Below, one piece after another: positions 37,671 to 48,671 of a DNA stretch of 64,000 bases (the stretch's first letter is position 1; each line of letters begins with the position of its first letter). The stretch is taken from positions 34,283 to 98,282 of the forward strand of contig JAPPGH010000063.1 in NCBI GenBank assembly GCA_026914155.1, in the 5' to 3' direction. The notes beneath the pieces are model-generated. The model ran no database searches, was not told the DNA's origin, and worked only from the letters and a program-made list of their open reading frames with translations. This DNA is from Candidatus Palauibacter rhopaloidicola (lineage in GTDB: Bacteria; Gemmatimonadota; Gemmatimonadetes; Palauibacterales; Palauibacteraceae). Position numbers and translations under genes: made by a program.

Positions 37671-39818
37671 CTAGAACAAGCCCAGAGCCTGCAGCACCGC
37701 GCCGACGGCGGCGAGGGCCGTCTCCACGGCTTCCGGCGCCGCGGCGGCCATCCCGTGCACATCGACGAACCAGGGCGCGAGGACGAGCGAGACGACGCTC
37801 ATCAGCTTCACGACGATGTTCATCGACGGCCCGGACGTGTCCTTGAAGGGATCGCCCACCGTGTCGCCGACCACGGCCGCCTTGTGCGGGTCGGACCCCT
37901 TCCCCCCGTGGGCTCCGGTCTCGATGTACTTCTTGGCGTTGTCCCACGCGCCCCCGGAGTTCGCCATGAAGAGCGCGAGCAGCACGCCGCTCACGGTCGC
38001 GCCGGCCAGCGCGCCGCCGAGCGCCGCCACGCCGAGGAAGCGGCCGACCATGATGGGGACGATGATCGCCACCAGCCCCGGCACGATCATCTCCCGGAGC
38101 GCCGCCCTCGTGGAGATGTCCACGCAGCGCGCCGAGTCCGGCTTCGCCGTCCCCTCCATGATGCCGGGGATCTCGCGGAACTGGCGACGGACTTCCGCCA
38201 CCATGCCCGCCGCCGCGCGGCCCACCGCCGTCATCGTGAGCGCGGCGATGAAGAAGGGCGTCACGCCGCCGATGAAGAGCCCCATCACGACGAGCGGATC
38301 GATGAGGTTGATCCCGGTCTCGCGCAGACCCACCGCGTTCGCGTAGGCAGAGAAGAGGGCGAGCGCCGTGAGCGCGGCGGAGCCGACCGCGAATCCCTTC
38401 CCGATCGCCGCCGTCGTGTTGCCGAGCGAGTCGAGCGAGTCGGTCACCGAGCGGACCTCCGGCCCCAGTTCCGCCATCTCCGAGATGCCGCCGGCGTTGT
38501 CCGCCACCGGGCCGTACGCGTCGACCGACATCGTCACCCCGACCGTGGCCAGCATCCCCACGGCGGCGATCCCGATCCCGTACAGGCCGGCGAAGTTGAA
38601 GGCGAGGAAGATGGCGGCGGAAATCAGGAGCATGGGAATCAACGTGGATTCCATCCCGACCGCGAGTCCCGTGATGATGTTCGTCGCGGAGCCGGTCTCG
38701 GAGGCCTCGGCGATGCGCCGGATCGGCTTCTCGGCCGTGTAGTACTCCGTCACGAGGCCGATGGCGATGCCCACGAGCGAACCGAACAGCATGGCCCAGA
38801 AGGGGCCGGCGTTCGGGTGGATGAAGACCCACTTGCCCTGCGCCGCCGCGTCAAAGATTTGGAGGTTCACCGTGATCGCGTACGCTGCGATCCAGAAGAT
38901 CACGGCCCCGATGATCGGCGCCCAGCGCAGGGCCGCCGCCGGACTCATGCGCTCAAGGACGCGGATGGCGAGTACGCCGACCGCGCTCGCGAGGAAGCCG
39001 GCCATGATGTAGAGGACCGGCAGCGCCACGGCCTGGAGCCGCGCCCCGTCGAGGATCATCGCGCTCGTCACGCCGATGACGATCGTGGCGATGACCGAAC
39101 CCACGTACGACTCGAAGATGTCCGCCCCCATCCCCGCCACGTCGCCCACGTTGTCGCCCACGTTGTCGGCGATCGTCGCCGGGTTGCGCGGATCGTCCTC
39201 CGGAATCCCGGCCTCGACCTTGCCCACGAGGTCCGCGCCGACGTCGGCCGCCTTCGTGTAGATGCCGCCGCCCACGCGCGCGAAGAGCGCGATCGAGGAA
39301 GCGCCCATCGCGAAGCCCGAGATGATCTCGCCGAAGGGCCGGAAGCCGGTCCCCTGGGGATCGTAGATCACGATCACGGCGCCGATCCCGAGCAGGCCGA
39401 GCGCCGCCACCGCGATGCCCATCACGGCTCCCCCGGAGAAGGCGACCCGGAGCGCCTTGGCCTGGCCCTCCGCGCGCGCCGCCTCGGAGGTCCGGACGTT
39501 GGCCGCCGTCGCCGCCTTCATCCCGAAGAACCCCGCCAGGATCGAGCACGCGGCGCCCAGCGCGTATGCCACCGCCGTGTGCGGCCCCACGAGCCAGAAC
39601 AGAAGGGCCGCCACGACGACGATGAACGGCAGCAGCACCGTGTACTCGCGCCGCAGAAACGCCATCGCGCCCGAGTGGATCGCCTCCGACAGCTCGGCCA
39701 TCTTCTCGTTTCCGACGGGCTGCGCCTTCACGTACATGAAGAGCGCGAAGGAGAAGAAGAGCCCGATCACGCCGAGCCAGACCGCAAAATCGATGTTTCC
39801 GACGATGTTTCCGCCCAC
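37671..39818 (-). CDS. hppA: membrane-bound (H+/Na+)-translocating pyrophosphatase
   Basis: 715 aa, about 16 TM helices, with the signatures [40 protein letters not shown] and [12 protein letters not shown]. Confidence 0.95.
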   Translation of the reverse strand: MGGNIVGNIDFAVWLGVIGLFFSFALFMYVKAQPVGNEKMAELSEAIHSGAMAFLRREYTVLLPFIVVVAALLFWLVGPHTAVAYALGAACSILAGFFGMKAATAANVRTSEAARAEGQAKALRVAFSGGAVMGIAVAALGLLGIGAVIVIYDPQGTGFRPFGEIISGFAMGASSIALFARVGGGIYTKAADVGADLVGKVEAGIPEDDPRNPATIADNVGDNVGDVAGMGADIFESYVGSVIATIVIGVTSAMILDGARLQAVALPVLYIMAGFLASAVGVLAIRVLERMSPAAALRWAPIIGAVIFWIAAYAITVNLQIFDAAAQGKWVFIHPNAGPFWAMLFGSLVGIAIGLVTEYYTAEKPIRRIAEASETGSATNIITGLAVGMESTLIPMLLISAAIFLAFNFAGLYGIGIAAVGMLATVGVTMSVDAYGPVADNAGGISEMAELGPEVRSVTDSLDSLGNTTAAIGKGFAVGSAALTALALFSAYANAVGLRETGINLIDPLVVMGLFIGGVTPFFIAALTMTAVGRAAAGMVAEVRRQFREIPGIMEGTAKPDSARCVDISTRAALREMIVPGLVAIIVPIMVGRFLGVAALGGALAGATVSGVLLALFMANSGGAWDNAKKYIETGAHGGKGSDPHKAAVVGDTVGDPFKDTSGPSMNIVVKLMSVVSLVLAPWFVDVHGMAAAAPEAVETALAAVGAVLQALGLF

Positions 39819-39867
39819 GTTTTCCTGCTCCCTCTGCTATCCCTCGATTAGCCCGATCAGCGGGGGG

Positions 39868-40437
39868 TCACCCCGGACGGTTGAAGCGGTTCATTGCCGC
39901 TTCCGAGCCATGGTCCAGCCAGTACTCCACCGCTTCGGCGGCACGGGGGAAGGCGCCGAGCGCCGCCTCCTCCTCCGCCCGCGGCATCCGTGACAACACC
40001 CAGGCCGCCAGGTCGATGCGCTCGTCCGGCGGCCGCCCGACGCCGAGCCTGAGGCGGCCGTAGTCGTCGGAGCCGAGACTCGCCGATATCGAAGCGAGCC
40101 CGTTGTGCCCGCCCGGCGACCCCTTCGCCCGCAGGCGGAAGCGACCCGCCGGCAGCGCGACATCGTCGACGAGGACGAGCATGTCCGCCGCCGGGTCGAA
40201 GCGCCGGCGGTCCAGCAGCGCCGCCAGCGCTTCGCCGCTCAGATTCATGTACGTCCGCGGCTTGTGGATCTCGACGCCGGGGCGCGCGGCCCCGACCGTC
40301 CACGCGGTGGGGCCTTCCGCGCGAAAGGGGTCCCCGCCCCAGCGGCGCGCCAGGCGGTCGGCGAGCCACCAGCCGATGTTGTGCCGCGTGTCCCGGTACT
40401 TCGCGCCGGGATTCCCCAGAGCCAGCAGCAGCCGCAC
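39868..40437 (-). CDS. pth: peptidyl-tRNA hydrolase
   Basis: LLALGNPGAKYRDTRHNIGW, GHNGL and RLRLGVGRP, the canonical Pth motifs. Confidence 0.93.
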   Translation of the reverse strand: MRLLLALGNPGAKYRDTRHNIGWWLADRLARRWGGDPFRAEGPTAWTVGAARPGVEIHKPRTYMNLSGEALAALLDRRRFDPAADMLVLVDDVALPAGRFRLRAKGSPGGHNGLASISASLGSDDYGRLRLGVGRPPDERIDLAAWVLSRMPRAEEEAALGAFPRAAEAVEYWLDHGSEAAMNRFNRPG

Positions 40438-40470
40438 GGTCCCCCGCGGATCGGTCGCTGGCCGTTCGGC

Positions 40471-41127
40471 TCAGCCCTCCTCTGCCTCGGCCTCCGTGGC
40501 CTCGGCCGCAGCCTCGCCTTCGACCTCTTCCACTTCCTCGAGCTCTTCCTCCTCCTCGACCTCCTCAACGGCAGGCGGCACGACGGTGCAGATCGTCAAC
40601 CCGTCGTCGTCGAGGACCTCGACCCCGCCCGTATCCACGTCCGAGACGTTCAGCGAATCGCCGATCTCAAGCTCCGACACGTCGATGGTGAACGCGGACG
40701 GAATCTCGTTCGGCAGACACTCGACTTCGATTTCGTGCCGGAGGTGCTGGAGTATCCCGCCCACCTCCACGCCGGCGGGAGTCTCGAGCAGGTGGAGCGG
40801 AACCGATACCCGGATCTTCACGTCCGCGCGGATCTCGAAGAAGTCCACGTGCAGAAGCTGAGGTCGATACGGGTGGCGCTGTATCTCGCGGATCAGCACC
40901 GGGCGCGGCTCGCCGCCGTCGACCTCGAGGTCGATCACCGTCGTGGCCGCGTGGATCCGGCTCAGCAGCCGCGAAAGCTCGTGCGTGTCCAGCGCCAGCG
41001 ACTCGGCCTCGTCCCGGCGGCCGTACACGACGGCGGGCAACTGGCCGCTCCGGCGGAGCTGTCTCGCCGCGCCCTTGCCGGAGGCGGTCCTCGCCCGCGC
41101 CGTCAGTCTGGCGGATTCGTTCGTCAT
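40471..41127 (-). CDS. rplY: 50S ribosomal protein L25/general stress protein Ctc
   Basis: 218 aa: R...GKGAARQLRRSGQLPAVVYG......L......, RHPYRPQLLHVDF, plus an acidic C-terminal tail. It sits between prs and pth as in many genomes. Confidence 0.9.
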   Translation of the reverse strand: MTNESARLTARARTASGKGAARQLRRSGQLPAVVYGRRDEAESLALDTHELSRLLSRIHAATTVIDLEVDGGEPRPVLIREIQRHPYRPQLLHVDFFEIRADVKIRVSVPLHLLETPAGVEVGGILQHLRHEIEVECLPNEIPSAFTIDVSELEIGDSLNVSDVDTGGVEVLDDDGLTICTVVPPAVEEVEEEEELEEVEEVEGEAAAEATEAEAEEG

Positions 41128-41139
41128 TCTATTCGCCTC

Positions 41140-42105
41140 TTACTTGAACAGTTTGCTTACGGAGGTGTTCTCGTGCGTGCTCTCTATGGCCTGCGCGAGG
41201 AGGCTCGCCACCGACAGCACCGTCAGCTTCGGCAGCGCTTCCTGCACGCCCGGAGCGAGCGGCACGGTGTCCGTGACCGTGATCTCCTTCACGTCGGCCG
41301 ACGCGAGGCGCTCCACCGCCGGCCCCGAGATGAGCGGGTGCGTGGCGAGAACGTAGATGTCCAGGGCGCCGCGCTCCTTCAGCACCTGGATGGCCGACAC
41401 CATGGTCCCGGCCGTGTCAATCATGTCGTCGGGCACGATGCAGTGCTTCCCCTCGACGTCGCCCACGATGTTCGAGACCTCGGCCTCGTTCGGCGCCGGA
41501 CGCCGCTTGTCGATGATCGCGAGGTCCCCCCCGAGACGCCGGGCGTAGCCGCGCGCCATCTTCGCCGCGCTCACGTCCGTCGCGACGACGACGAGGTTGT
41601 CCAGCTTCTTCATCTCGTAGTAGCGCCGGAAGACGGGGGCCGCGTACAGGTGGTCCACCGGGATGTCGAAGAAGCCCTGGATCTGGTGCTGGTGGAAGTC
41701 AATCGAGAGGACGCGGTCGGCGCCGGCGGCCGTCATCAGGTTCGCCAGCAGCTTCGCCGCGATCGACACGCGCGGCTGATCCTTCCGGTCGGAGCGCCCG
41801 TACCCGTAGTAGGGCACGACCGCCGTGACCCTCGCCGCCGAGGCGCGCTTCGCCGCGTCGATCAGGATCAGGAGTTCGAGCACGTTCTCCGCCGGCGGGT
41901 TCGTGGGCTGGATGAGGAAGACGTCGCGCCCGCGCACGTTCTCGTCGATGCGCACGAAGATCTCGCCGTCGGCGAACCGCTTGATCGTAACGTCGCCGAG
42001 CCGCTCTCCGAGCACGTCGGCGATCCCCTGCGCGAGGGCGGGATTCGCCGTACCCGAAAGCAGCATGATCGGACTCGTATGGAACGAGAAGTCCGTGGTG
42101 TCCAT
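41140..42105 (-). CDS. prs: ribose-phosphate pyrophosphokinase
   Basis: LLSGTANPALAQGIADVLG, FADGEIFVRI.ENVRG.DVF, YYGYGRSDRK and the PRPP loop CIVPDDMIDTAGT. Start placed at ATG 42105 (or 42066). The longer track ORF (42216) adds a non-homologous N-terminus. Confidence 0.92.
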   Translation of the reverse strand: MDTTDFSFHTSPIMLLSGTANPALAQGIADVLGERLGDVTIKRFADGEIFVRIDENVRGRDVFLIQPTNPPAENVLELLILIDAAKRASAARVTAVVPYYGYGRSDRKDQPRVSIAAKLLANLMTAAGADRVLSIDFHQHQIQGFFDIPVDHLYAAPVFRRYYEMKKLDNLVVVATDVSAAKMARGYARRLGGDLAIIDKRRPAPNEAEVSNIVGDVEGKHCIVPDDMIDTAGTMVSAIQVLKERGALDIYVLATHPLISGPAVERLASADVKEITVTDTVPLAPGVQEALPKLTVLSVASLLAQAIESTHENTSVSKLFK

Positions 42106-42278
42106 GCGTGTCGACTGGCTCGCTGGTCTGGTTCCGGCGCTCGTCGCTCCGCGCCCGTGACGCGCGCGGGGGGCCGTGCCGGAATGGAAGAGAAACTGTG
42201 TGGGTCCCGAACCCATGCGCCGCGGGGCCGAACCCCGGAGCGACAGCCGCCCAGACTATCGATTCACGCTGGTTTTTG

Positions 42279-43346
42279 TCAACGAGCATCCGCCGTCGAG
42301 CGCCCCGGAATCGTGTAAATGACCTGTGTCGGGTACGCGAACTCGACGCCGTGCCGGTCGAACCGTTCGTGGATCGCGAGCAGCATCGCCTGCTTCGCAT
42401 CCATGAAACGGGCGTACTCGGGGACGGTCATGTAGAAGACGGTGTCGAACTCGATCGCGGAGTCCGCGAAGCCCGACAGGTGGCAGCGGTCGAAGCGGGT
42501 CTCCTCCTGCGCCTCCACGATCTCCTCGATCCAGGCGGGGATCTGCGCCAGGAGGTCGCGCGGCGTGTCGTAGGTCACGCCGACCTTCAGCGCCCCGCGC
42601 CGGTCCGCCATGCGCCCGAGGTTCCGGATCCGGGTGTTGATCACGTCGCTGTTTCCGAGGATGAGTTGCTCGCCCCCCAGGCTCCGCAGCCGGGTCGTCT
42701 TGAGGCCGATGTGCTCCACCGACCCCTGGAACTCGCCGATGACGAGGAAGTCGCCGATGACGAAGGGCTTGTCGAGGATGATGGAGAGCGATGCGAGCAG
42801 GTCTCCGAGGACGTTCTGCGCCGCGAGGGCGACGGCGATGCCGCCGATCCCGAGGCCCGCGAGCAGGGCCGCGACCTCGACCCCGAGGTTGTCGAGGATG
42901 AGGAGGAGGACGACGGACCACACGGCGAGCCGGCCCACGAAGGAGAGCGCGCCGACCATGGTCACGGCCTCCGCATCCTCGCCCGCGGTCGCATCCACGA
43001 ACCGGCGCACCCAGAAGGCGATCGCGGCGCTGGCCCAGATGCCGCCCTGGACGACGATGGCGATGACCGCGGCGCGGCGAATCACGAGCGCCACGACGGG
43101 ATCGAGTTCGAGCACGAGCGACGCGGCGAAGAGCCCCACGAAGAGGATGAGGGCGAACTTCGTCTCGCCGAGCACGTCCGCGACGAGATCGTCGATCGAG
43201 GTCCGGGTCTGGCTCGCGAAGCGCGCGAACGCCCGCAGCGCGTAGCGTTCGAGCAGCCACAGCGCGAGGGTCGTGAGGGCGTAGATGCCGGCGGCGAGCA
43301 GCCAGGTCGAAAGCGTGTTTCCGTAGATCGTCTGGTCCAGGCCCAT
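42279..43346 (-). CDS. mechanosensitive ion channel family protein (MscS-like)
   Basis: 355 aa with several N-terminal TMs, then the MscS pore/beta-domain region LAGLGIGGIAVALAAQNVLGDLLASLSIILDKPFVIGDFLVIGEFQGSVEHIGLKTTRLRSLGGEQLILGNS. Confidence 0.9.
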   Translation of the reverse strand: MGLDQTIYGNTLSTWLLAAGIYALTTLALWLLERYALRAFARFASQTRTSIDDLVADVLGETKFALILFVGLFAASLVLELDPVVALVIRRAAVIAIVVQGGIWASAAIAFWVRRFVDATAGEDAEAVTMVGALSFVGRLAVWSVVLLLILDNLGVEVAALLAGLGIGGIAVALAAQNVLGDLLASLSIILDKPFVIGDFLVIGEFQGSVEHIGLKTTRLRSLGGEQLILGNSDVINTRIRNLGRMADRRGALKVGVTYDTPRDLLAQIPAWIEEIVEAQEETRFDRCHLSGFADSAIEFDTVFYMTVPEYARFMDAKQAMLLAIHERFDRHGVEFAYPTQVIYTIPGRSTADAR

Positions 43347-43359
43347 GCCTCGAACTCCA

Positions 43360-43443
43360 GTGTCGGTCGTGTAGAGTGTCGGTCGTGTAGAGTGTCGGTC
43401 GTGTGGAAGTGTCGGTCGTGTGGAGACGTCTGTCGTCGGGAGA
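43360..43443. repeat. five tandem copies of a 16-18-bp unit (GTGTCGGTCGTGTAGA) filling the yyaL-mscS intergenic spacer
   Basis: Two identical copies lie at 43360..43375 and 43376..43391. GTGTCGGTCGTGTGGAA is at 43392..43408 and GTGTCGGTCGTGTGGAGA at 43409..43426. A degenerate CGTCTGTCGTCGGGAGA is at 43427..43443. All read directly. Confidence 0.95.
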
Positions 43444-45591
43444 TCAGGCGAGCTGTTCCATCATCTCCCGGATGTCGGTCGTTGGACGCCGGCACGCGAA
43501 GCCGGTGCAAACGTATGCCGTCGCCTCCCCGTCCAGGAGGTCGTGCGGCGCGGTGAAAGGCGCGATCTCCGCGAGCCGGTCCGCCGCGGGCGCGCCGGGC
43601 GCTTCGGCCGCGTCGGTGGGGCGGCCCGCCGGCTTGAAGAGGACGGCCGTGCGGGGCGCGTAGCGGCCGGCGAGCGCGGCCAGCATGCGCCGCGTGGCGG
43701 GCTCGTCGGGATCGCCGGCCACGACGACTTCCTGCGCCGGGCCCAGGGCGAGATCGAGCGCGACGAGCGACATCGTGTGCGCGGAGGGGGCGCCGCCGAC
43801 GGGGCCGGCGAGCGCCCCGCGCAGCGCTTCCGCCCGGTCCAGGAGTTCGACGTCGCCCGTGAGCCGGCCGAGCCGGAGGAGCACGTACCACGTCGTCGCG
43901 TTGGCCGAGGGCGTGGCCCCGTCGTACAGCTCCTTCTGCCGGACCGGCACGTCGCTCTGCGCCTCGTCCACGTTGAACACGCCGAGCCGCTCGGGGTCCC
44001 AGAAGCGCTCGAGGAGCGGATCGAGCAACTCGCGCGCCGCGCCGAGCCAGCGCGGGTCGAAGGTCGCCCCGTACAGCTCGATCAACCCCCAGATGAGGCA
44101 GGCGTGGTCCGCCGCGCCCGCGGGGATCGCGGCGTCGCCGTCCCGGTAGCGGTGGAGCAGCCCTCCCTCACCGTCGCGCAGCCGCCCGAGGATGAAGTCG
44201 GCCGCCCGCGCCGCCGCTTTGACGAGCGACTCGTCGCCGAAGGCGAGGCCGCTCCGCGCCAGCGCCGCGATCATGAGCCCGTTCCAGTCCGTCAGGATCT
44301 TGTCGTCGAGCAGCGGGCGTTCCCGCAGCGCCCGCTTCTCGAACAGAACGCGGCGCGCTTCCTCCAGCCGTGCCTCGACGCCGTCGGCGTCCTCCCCCAG
44401 CGCCGCCGCGATTTCGGCGGGCGTTTCTTTCGCGTGCAGGATGTTCTCGCCGGTCCGGAGCCCCGACGCCTCGTCGGCGAAGTTGCCGCGCGCCTCGACC
44501 CGGAAGGCGTGTCGCGCGAGCGCGGCCGCGTCCTCCCCCAGAGCCTTCGCCAACACCTCGTCGAACTCGTCCCGCGTCCACACGTAGAACGCCCCTTCGC
44601 GTCCCTCGCTGTCCGCGTCCTCCGCCGAATAGAAGCCGCCCTCCGCGTCCGTGAGGTCGCGCGCGACGTACTCGTAGATCTCCAGGGCCACACTCCGGTG
44701 CGCGTCGTCGCCCGTCACCTGCCACAACTCCGTGTACGCCATGGCGAGCAGCGCCTGGTCGTACAGCATCTTCTCGAAGTGCGGGACGAGCCAGCGGGCG
44801 TCCGTCGAGTAGCGGTGGAAGCCGTACCCGACGTGGTCGAAGACGCCTCCCCGCCGCATGGAGACGAGCGTCTTCTCCACCATCTCCACGCCGCGCCCGT
44901 CGCCCGTGCGGTCGCTCCAGCGCAGGAGGAAGAGGAGTTGGTGCGGCGCCGGAAACTTCGGAGCGCGGGAGAACCCTCCCTGGTGCGGGTCGAAGCGGGC
45001 CCGCAGGTCGCTGAAGCCGCGGCGGAGCGTCTCCTCGTCGAGCGCGCCCTCGCCGGCACCCAGCCCGCGCACCTCGACCTCCCGGATGGCCGCGAGCGCC
45101 GAGGCCCCGGCCGCCTCCACATCCGCCCGCCGCTCGCGCCACAGAGACGCGAGCCGCGGCAGCAGGTCCAGCATCCCCGCCCGCCCGGCCACGCTCTCGC
45201 GCGGGAAGTAGGTCCCGGCGAAGAAGGGCTGCTTGTCCGGCGTCATCACGATCGTGAGCGGCCATCCCCCCTGCCCCGTCATGAGCTGGCACGCCGTCAT
45301 GTAGACGCCGTCGATGTCCGGCCGTTCCTCGCGGTCCACCTTGATCGACACGAAGTCCCGGTTGAGGAGCGCGGCCACGTCCTCGTCCTCGAAGGATTCG
45401 CGCTCCATCACGTGGCACCAGTGGCAGGTCGCGTACCCGATGGAGAGGAAAATCGGACGATCCTCGGCCCGGGCGCGCGCGAAGGCCTCCTCCCCCCACG
45501 GAACCCAGTCCACGGGATTGAAGGCGTGCTGGAGAAGGTAGGGACTCTTCTCCCGCGCGAGTCGGTTGGGGCGGGTGCCGGAATCAGACAT
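43444..45591 (-). CDS. thioredoxin-domain protein (YyaL/DUF255 + six-hairpin glycosidase-like domain)
   Basis: 715 aa: [79 protein letters not shown], the family signature. Confidence 0.9.
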   Translation of the reverse strand: MSDSGTRPNRLAREKSPYLLQHAFNPVDWVPWGEEAFARARAEDRPIFLSIGYATCHWCHVMERESFEDEDVAALLNRDFVSIKVDREERPDIDGVYMTACQLMTGQGGWPLTIVMTPDKQPFFAGTYFPRESVAGRAGMLDLLPRLASLWRERRADVEAAGASALAAIREVEVRGLGAGEGALDEETLRRGFSDLRARFDPHQGGFSRAPKFPAPHQLLFLLRWSDRTGDGRGVEMVEKTLVSMRRGGVFDHVGYGFHRYSTDARWLVPHFEKMLYDQALLAMAYTELWQVTGDDAHRSVALEIYEYVARDLTDAEGGFYSAEDADSEGREGAFYVWTRDEFDEVLAKALGEDAAALARHAFRVEARGNFADEASGLRTGENILHAKETPAEIAAALGEDADGVEARLEEARRVLFEKRALRERPLLDDKILTDWNGLMIAALARSGLAFGDESLVKAAARAADFILGRLRDGEGGLLHRYRDGDAAIPAGAADHACLIWGLIELYGATFDPRWLGAARELLDPLLERFWDPERLGVFNVDEAQSDVPVRQKELYDGATPSANATTWYVLLRLGRLTGDVELLDRAEALRGALAGPVGGAPSAHTMSLVALDLALGPAQEVVVAGDPDEPATRRMLAALAGRYAPRTAVLFKPAGRPTDAAEAPGAPAADRLAEIAPFTAPHDLLDGEATAYVCTGFACRRPTTDIREMMEQLA

Positions 45592-45608
45592 GGGAATCAG
45601 GCATGGGA

Positions 45609-45679
45609 TTGGCCCCCCAGGGGTCGAACCTGGATCATCGGCTCCAAAGGCCGGTGTCTTGCCATTAGACGAGGGGCCA
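45609..45679 (-). tRNA. tRNA-Gln (anticodon UUG)
   Basis: Hand-folded on the minus strand. Acceptor UGGCCCC/GGGGCCA, D-arm GUCU-AAUGGCA-AGAC, anticodon arm CCGGC-CUUUGGA-GCCGA (one C.A mismatch), variable loop UGAU, T-arm CCAGG-UUCGACC-CCUGG, discriminator A. No encoded CCA. The U1-A72 pair is typical of bacterial tRNA-Gln. Confidence 0.9.
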
Positions 45680-45833
45680 GAGGGGCCGAAGATGGCGTCG
45701 CGCGGCCAACGGCGTCAAACCGCGCGGCGACGCGTCAACCGGGCTCCACATGTCGGGCTTGCCGATGAGAATCAGGTAGCAACGGAACGATATCTCGTGT
45801 AATCACGGACGGGTGTCGGTGCCTCTGCATCCG

Positions 45834-45872
45834 CTTAAGACGATTGAAAATCCAATTTTGAATTGTCTTAAG
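45834..45872. repeat. 39-bp AT-rich imperfect palindrome between ispE and tRNA-Gln
   Basis: CTTAAGACGATTGAAAAT-CCA-ATTTTGAATTGTCTTAAG. The 18-bp arms match at 16 of 18 positions. Read directly. Confidence 0.9.
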
Positions 45873-45952
45873 GCTTCACAGAGACTTCCAAACAACCACC
45901 TCCGGCAGGAATCTCCGGTCGGACGCGGGTATCGCCGGGGTATGGATCCGCC

Positions 45953-46852
45953 TCAGACGGGGAGTGAGACGTCCAGGACTCGGAGACCTTCGGCGCCTTC
46001 AAGGGCGGCGAACGTTCCGCGGGCTCGGGCGCGCTCCGCCTTGTCGCGGAAGATCGCGAACAGCGTCGAGCCCGATCCCGTCATCGCGGCCAGCGCCGGA
46101 TCGCACTCCCGCAGCCGGTCGAGGAGTACCGACAGTTCTTGGTGCCGGGCGAGGACGGGCGCCTCGAGGTCGTTTCGGGACAGGCGCTCGAGGGAGTCCC
46201 ACTCCGCCAGCCGCGTCGCGCCCGGGAGCACGGAGGCGGCGCCGGCGTCCTGGGCCGTCCGCCCGAGCCAGTCGTACGCCTCGGGCGTGGAAACGTGGAT
46301 CCCGGGGCAGACGAGCAGCGCGGGACGGGGGCGCGGCGGGCGGAGCGGCAGAAGCCGGCGGCCGCGCTCCCAGCCCAGCGCCATCGGCACGCCGAGGAGC
46401 GCGAAGGGCACGTCGCTGCCGATCTCGCCGGCGAGTTCGACGAGTTCGCTTTCGTCCAGGCGGGGCCAGCGGTCGGCGAGCAGGCGCAGCGTCGCGCCCG
46501 CGTCCGCGCTGCCGCCGCCGAGCCCGCTCCCCATGGGGATCCGTTTCGTCAGGCGGATGTGCACCGCGCGGCGCCCCCGATGCCCGAACGCGCGGGCCAG
46601 GAAACGCTCCGCCGCCTGCCAGCACAGGTTTTCGGGACCATCCGGGACGCCATCGGCGAGCGGCCCATCGACGGAGAGGGTGATGCCCGCCTCGGGCCCG
46701 GATGCGGAGAGGGTCACCGTGTCGGACAGGCTCGTGCGGGCGAGCAGGGTCTCGACGCCGTGAAATCCCGTTTCGTCCCGGGCGAACACGCGCAGGCGCA
46801 GGTTAACCTTCGCGTGCGCTTCGGCCGTCCGGATCTCGGCGGAGGGCGTCAC
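45953..46852 (-). CDS. ispE: 4-(cytidine 5'-diphospho)-2-C-methyl-D-erythritol kinase
   Basis: This is the C-terminal 299 aa of track ORF 45953..47692: AHAKVNLRLRV, the GHMP-kinase loop KRIPMGSGLGGGSADAG and GSDVPF. The GTG start at 46852 overlaps the upstream stop (GTGA). Confidence 0.9.
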   Translation of the reverse strand: MTPSAEIRTAEAHAKVNLRLRVFARDETGFHGVETLLARTSLSDTVTLSASGPEAGITLSVDGPLADGVPDGPENLCWQAAERFLARAFGHRGRRAVHIRLTKRIPMGSGLGGGSADAGATLRLLADRWPRLDESELVELAGEIGSDVPFALLGVPMALGWERGRRLLPLRPPRPRPALLVCPGIHVSTPEAYDWLGRTAQDAGAASVLPGATRLAEWDSLERLSRNDLEAPVLARHQELSVLLDRLRECDPALAAMTGSGSTLFAIFRDKAERARARGTFAALEGAEGLRVLDVSLPV

Positions 46853-47868
46853 GCCGAGGACTCCGGCTCCGCGGCCTCGCTCCGTCCGAAGTCGCGGCGG
46901 CTGATCCCGAGGCGCCGCATGTACCAGATCCCCAGCACGGTGATGGGCAGGAAGGTGAGGATGTGGTAGCCCGCGGCGAAGCTGATGATTCTCGCGGGCT
47001 CGATCTGGTGAAGTTCGAGCGCGACGCGGGCGGCCGCCTCGAACGGTCCGAAGAACCCCGGCGTGGACGGGATCGCGACGGCGAAGCTGATCGTCGTCTG
47101 GAGGACGAGCGCGCCGAGGAACCCGGGCCCGACAATGCCGAAGGCGAGAAACCCGAGGTAGAACGAGACGGCGTTCCAGGCCCAGACGGCGAACGACCAC
47201 AGCATCGCGCGGGCGAAGACGTGCGCGTGGCGCAACGCCCCGAGGCCGTCCACGAACGCGGAGAGCACGTCCATGACGCGGTCCGCGACGCGGTCCGGCG
47301 CGACCCGGCGGGACCACCTGGCCGCCAGCCGGAGGAAGCGGTCCGGCGAGCGGACGAGGAGGGCGAGCGCGAGCAGACTCGCGGAGACGAGGACGACCCC
47401 CAGGGTGAACAGATCCCGCAGCGTCCCGGAGGCGGCTTCGTCGACCCCGACGATGAAGAAGGCGGGGACGAGGAACACCATGAGGACGATCGCGTCGAGC
47501 AGGCGCTCCACGACGAGCGAGGCGAGGGCGGCGCTCAGGGGCACCGGCGTGATCCGCGACAGCGAGTAGGCGCGGACGAACTCTCCGAGCCGGCCGGGCA
47601 GCACGTTGTTCGCCATGAAGCCGATGGACACGGCCGCGTAGCGCGAACCGAACGGCAGACTTCCGTTCGAGGCGCGGAGGAGAATCTCCCACCGTATCGC
47701 GCGGAGGTTGAAGGTGAGCGTGGCCACGACCGTCGCGGCGATCAGCAGCCAGACGTTCGCCTCGCCCAGGTGTCTCAGGAGTTCGGCGGCCGAGACGCCC
47801 CGCAGCGCCCAGACAAGGAGCGCGACGGAGACGAGTACGCCGATGAGGACTGTGAGACGGCCTCTCAC
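46849..47868 (-). CDS. flippase-like / lysylphosphatidylglycerol-synthase TM-domain family membrane protein (UPF0104)
   Basis: Polytopic. [27 protein letters not shown] and later helices match the TIGR00374-type family as I remember it. GTG 47868 overlaps the pdxJ stop (GTGA). The track start at 47973 would overlap pdxJ by about 100 nt. Confidence 0.75.
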   Translation of the reverse strand: MRGRLTVLIGVLVSVALLVWALRGVSAAELLRHLGEANVWLLIAATVVATLTFNLRAIRWEILLRASNGSLPFGSRYAAVSIGFMANNVLPGRLGEFVRAYSLSRITPVPLSAALASLVVERLLDAIVLMVFLVPAFFIVGVDEAASGTLRDLFTLGVVLVSASLLALALLVRSPDRFLRLAARWSRRVAPDRVADRVMDVLSAFVDGLGALRHAHVFARAMLWSFAVWAWNAVSFYLGFLAFGIVGPGFLGALVLQTTISFAVAIPSTPGFFGPFEAAARVALELHQIEPARIISFAAGYHILTFLPITVLGIWYMRRLGISRRDFGRSEAAEPESSA

Positions 47869-48620
47869 GCGCGCGCCTCGCGCACGAGTTCCGACATCTC
47901 GAGCACCGCGCGCTCGATCCCCACGAGCACGGAGCGGCTCACGATCGAGTGGCCGATGTTGAGTTCCTCGCACTCCGGGATCGCCGCCACCGGCTGCACG
48001 TTCTCGTAGGTGAGCCCGTGGCCGGCGTGCACCGCGAGGCCGGCGGCATCGGCTCGGATCGCCGCACCCTCCAGCCGCTCGAGTTCGCGGTCGGCGCTCG
48101 CCTGATCGGGCGCGTTGGCGTATTCGCCGGTGTGGAGTTCGATCGCCGCCGCCCCGGCCTCGGCCGAGGCGTCGACGGAGGCGGGATCGGGGTCAATGAA
48201 GAGCGACGTGCGGATCCCGGCGTCCTGGAGCCTCGCCACGGCGGCGGCGATGCGGGCCGGATCGGCGGACAGGTCCAGCCCGCCTTCCGTCGTCAGTTCC
48301 TCCCTCTTCTCGGGGACGAGCGTGGCCTGAGCCGGGCGCCAGCGTTCGGCGAGGGCGAGCACCGCCTCCTCGGCCGCGAGTTCGAGGTTGACGAAGGTGC
48401 GGACGGTCGCAAGCAGGAGTTCCACGTCGCGGTCCTGGATGTGCCGGCGGTCCTCGCGGAGGTGCACCGTGATTCCGTTCGCGCCCCCGAGTTCGGCGAG
48501 GACGGCGGCCCGCACCGGGTCGGGTTCGTCCGTGCCGCGCGCCTGACGGACGGTCGCCACGTGATCGATGTTCACGCAGAGCCGGCACTCGACCAGGTGC
48601 GAGAAGCTGCTGTTCGCCAT
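47865..48620 (-). CDS. pdxJ: pyridoxine 5'-phosphate synthase
   Basis: [16 protein letters not shown]...[49 protein letters not shown] and HAGHGL.Y.NV are PdxJ signatures. Confidence 0.93.
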   Translation of the reverse strand: MANSSFSHLVECRLCVNIDHVATVRQARGTDEPDPVRAAVLAELGGANGITVHLREDRRHIQDRDVELLLATVRTFVNLELAAEEAVLALAERWRPAQATLVPEKREELTTEGGLDLSADPARIAAAVARLQDAGIRTSLFIDPDPASVDASAEAGAAAIELHTGEYANAPDQASADRELERLEGAAIRADAAGLAVHAGHGLTYENVQPVAAIPECEELNIGHSIVSRSVLVGIERAVLEMSELVREARA

Positions 48621-48671
48621 GATGTGCTCCGTTTTCGGTTCGACGGTTCGACGGTTCGACGATCCGCCGCC

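Noticed and set aside
37755-39851. 698-aa plus-strand ORF opposite hppA, with similar cases at 40105..42318, 43420..45768, 47949..50171 and 53770..55884
   Set aside because: Same reasoning. Each lies opposite a gene with unmistakable family signatures and itself reads as Arg/Asp/Gly/His-rich noise.
43360-43443. Tandem repeats as a possible CRISPR array
   Set aside because: The repeats are contiguous with no spacers, the units are only 16-18 bp, and there are no cas genes in the window.
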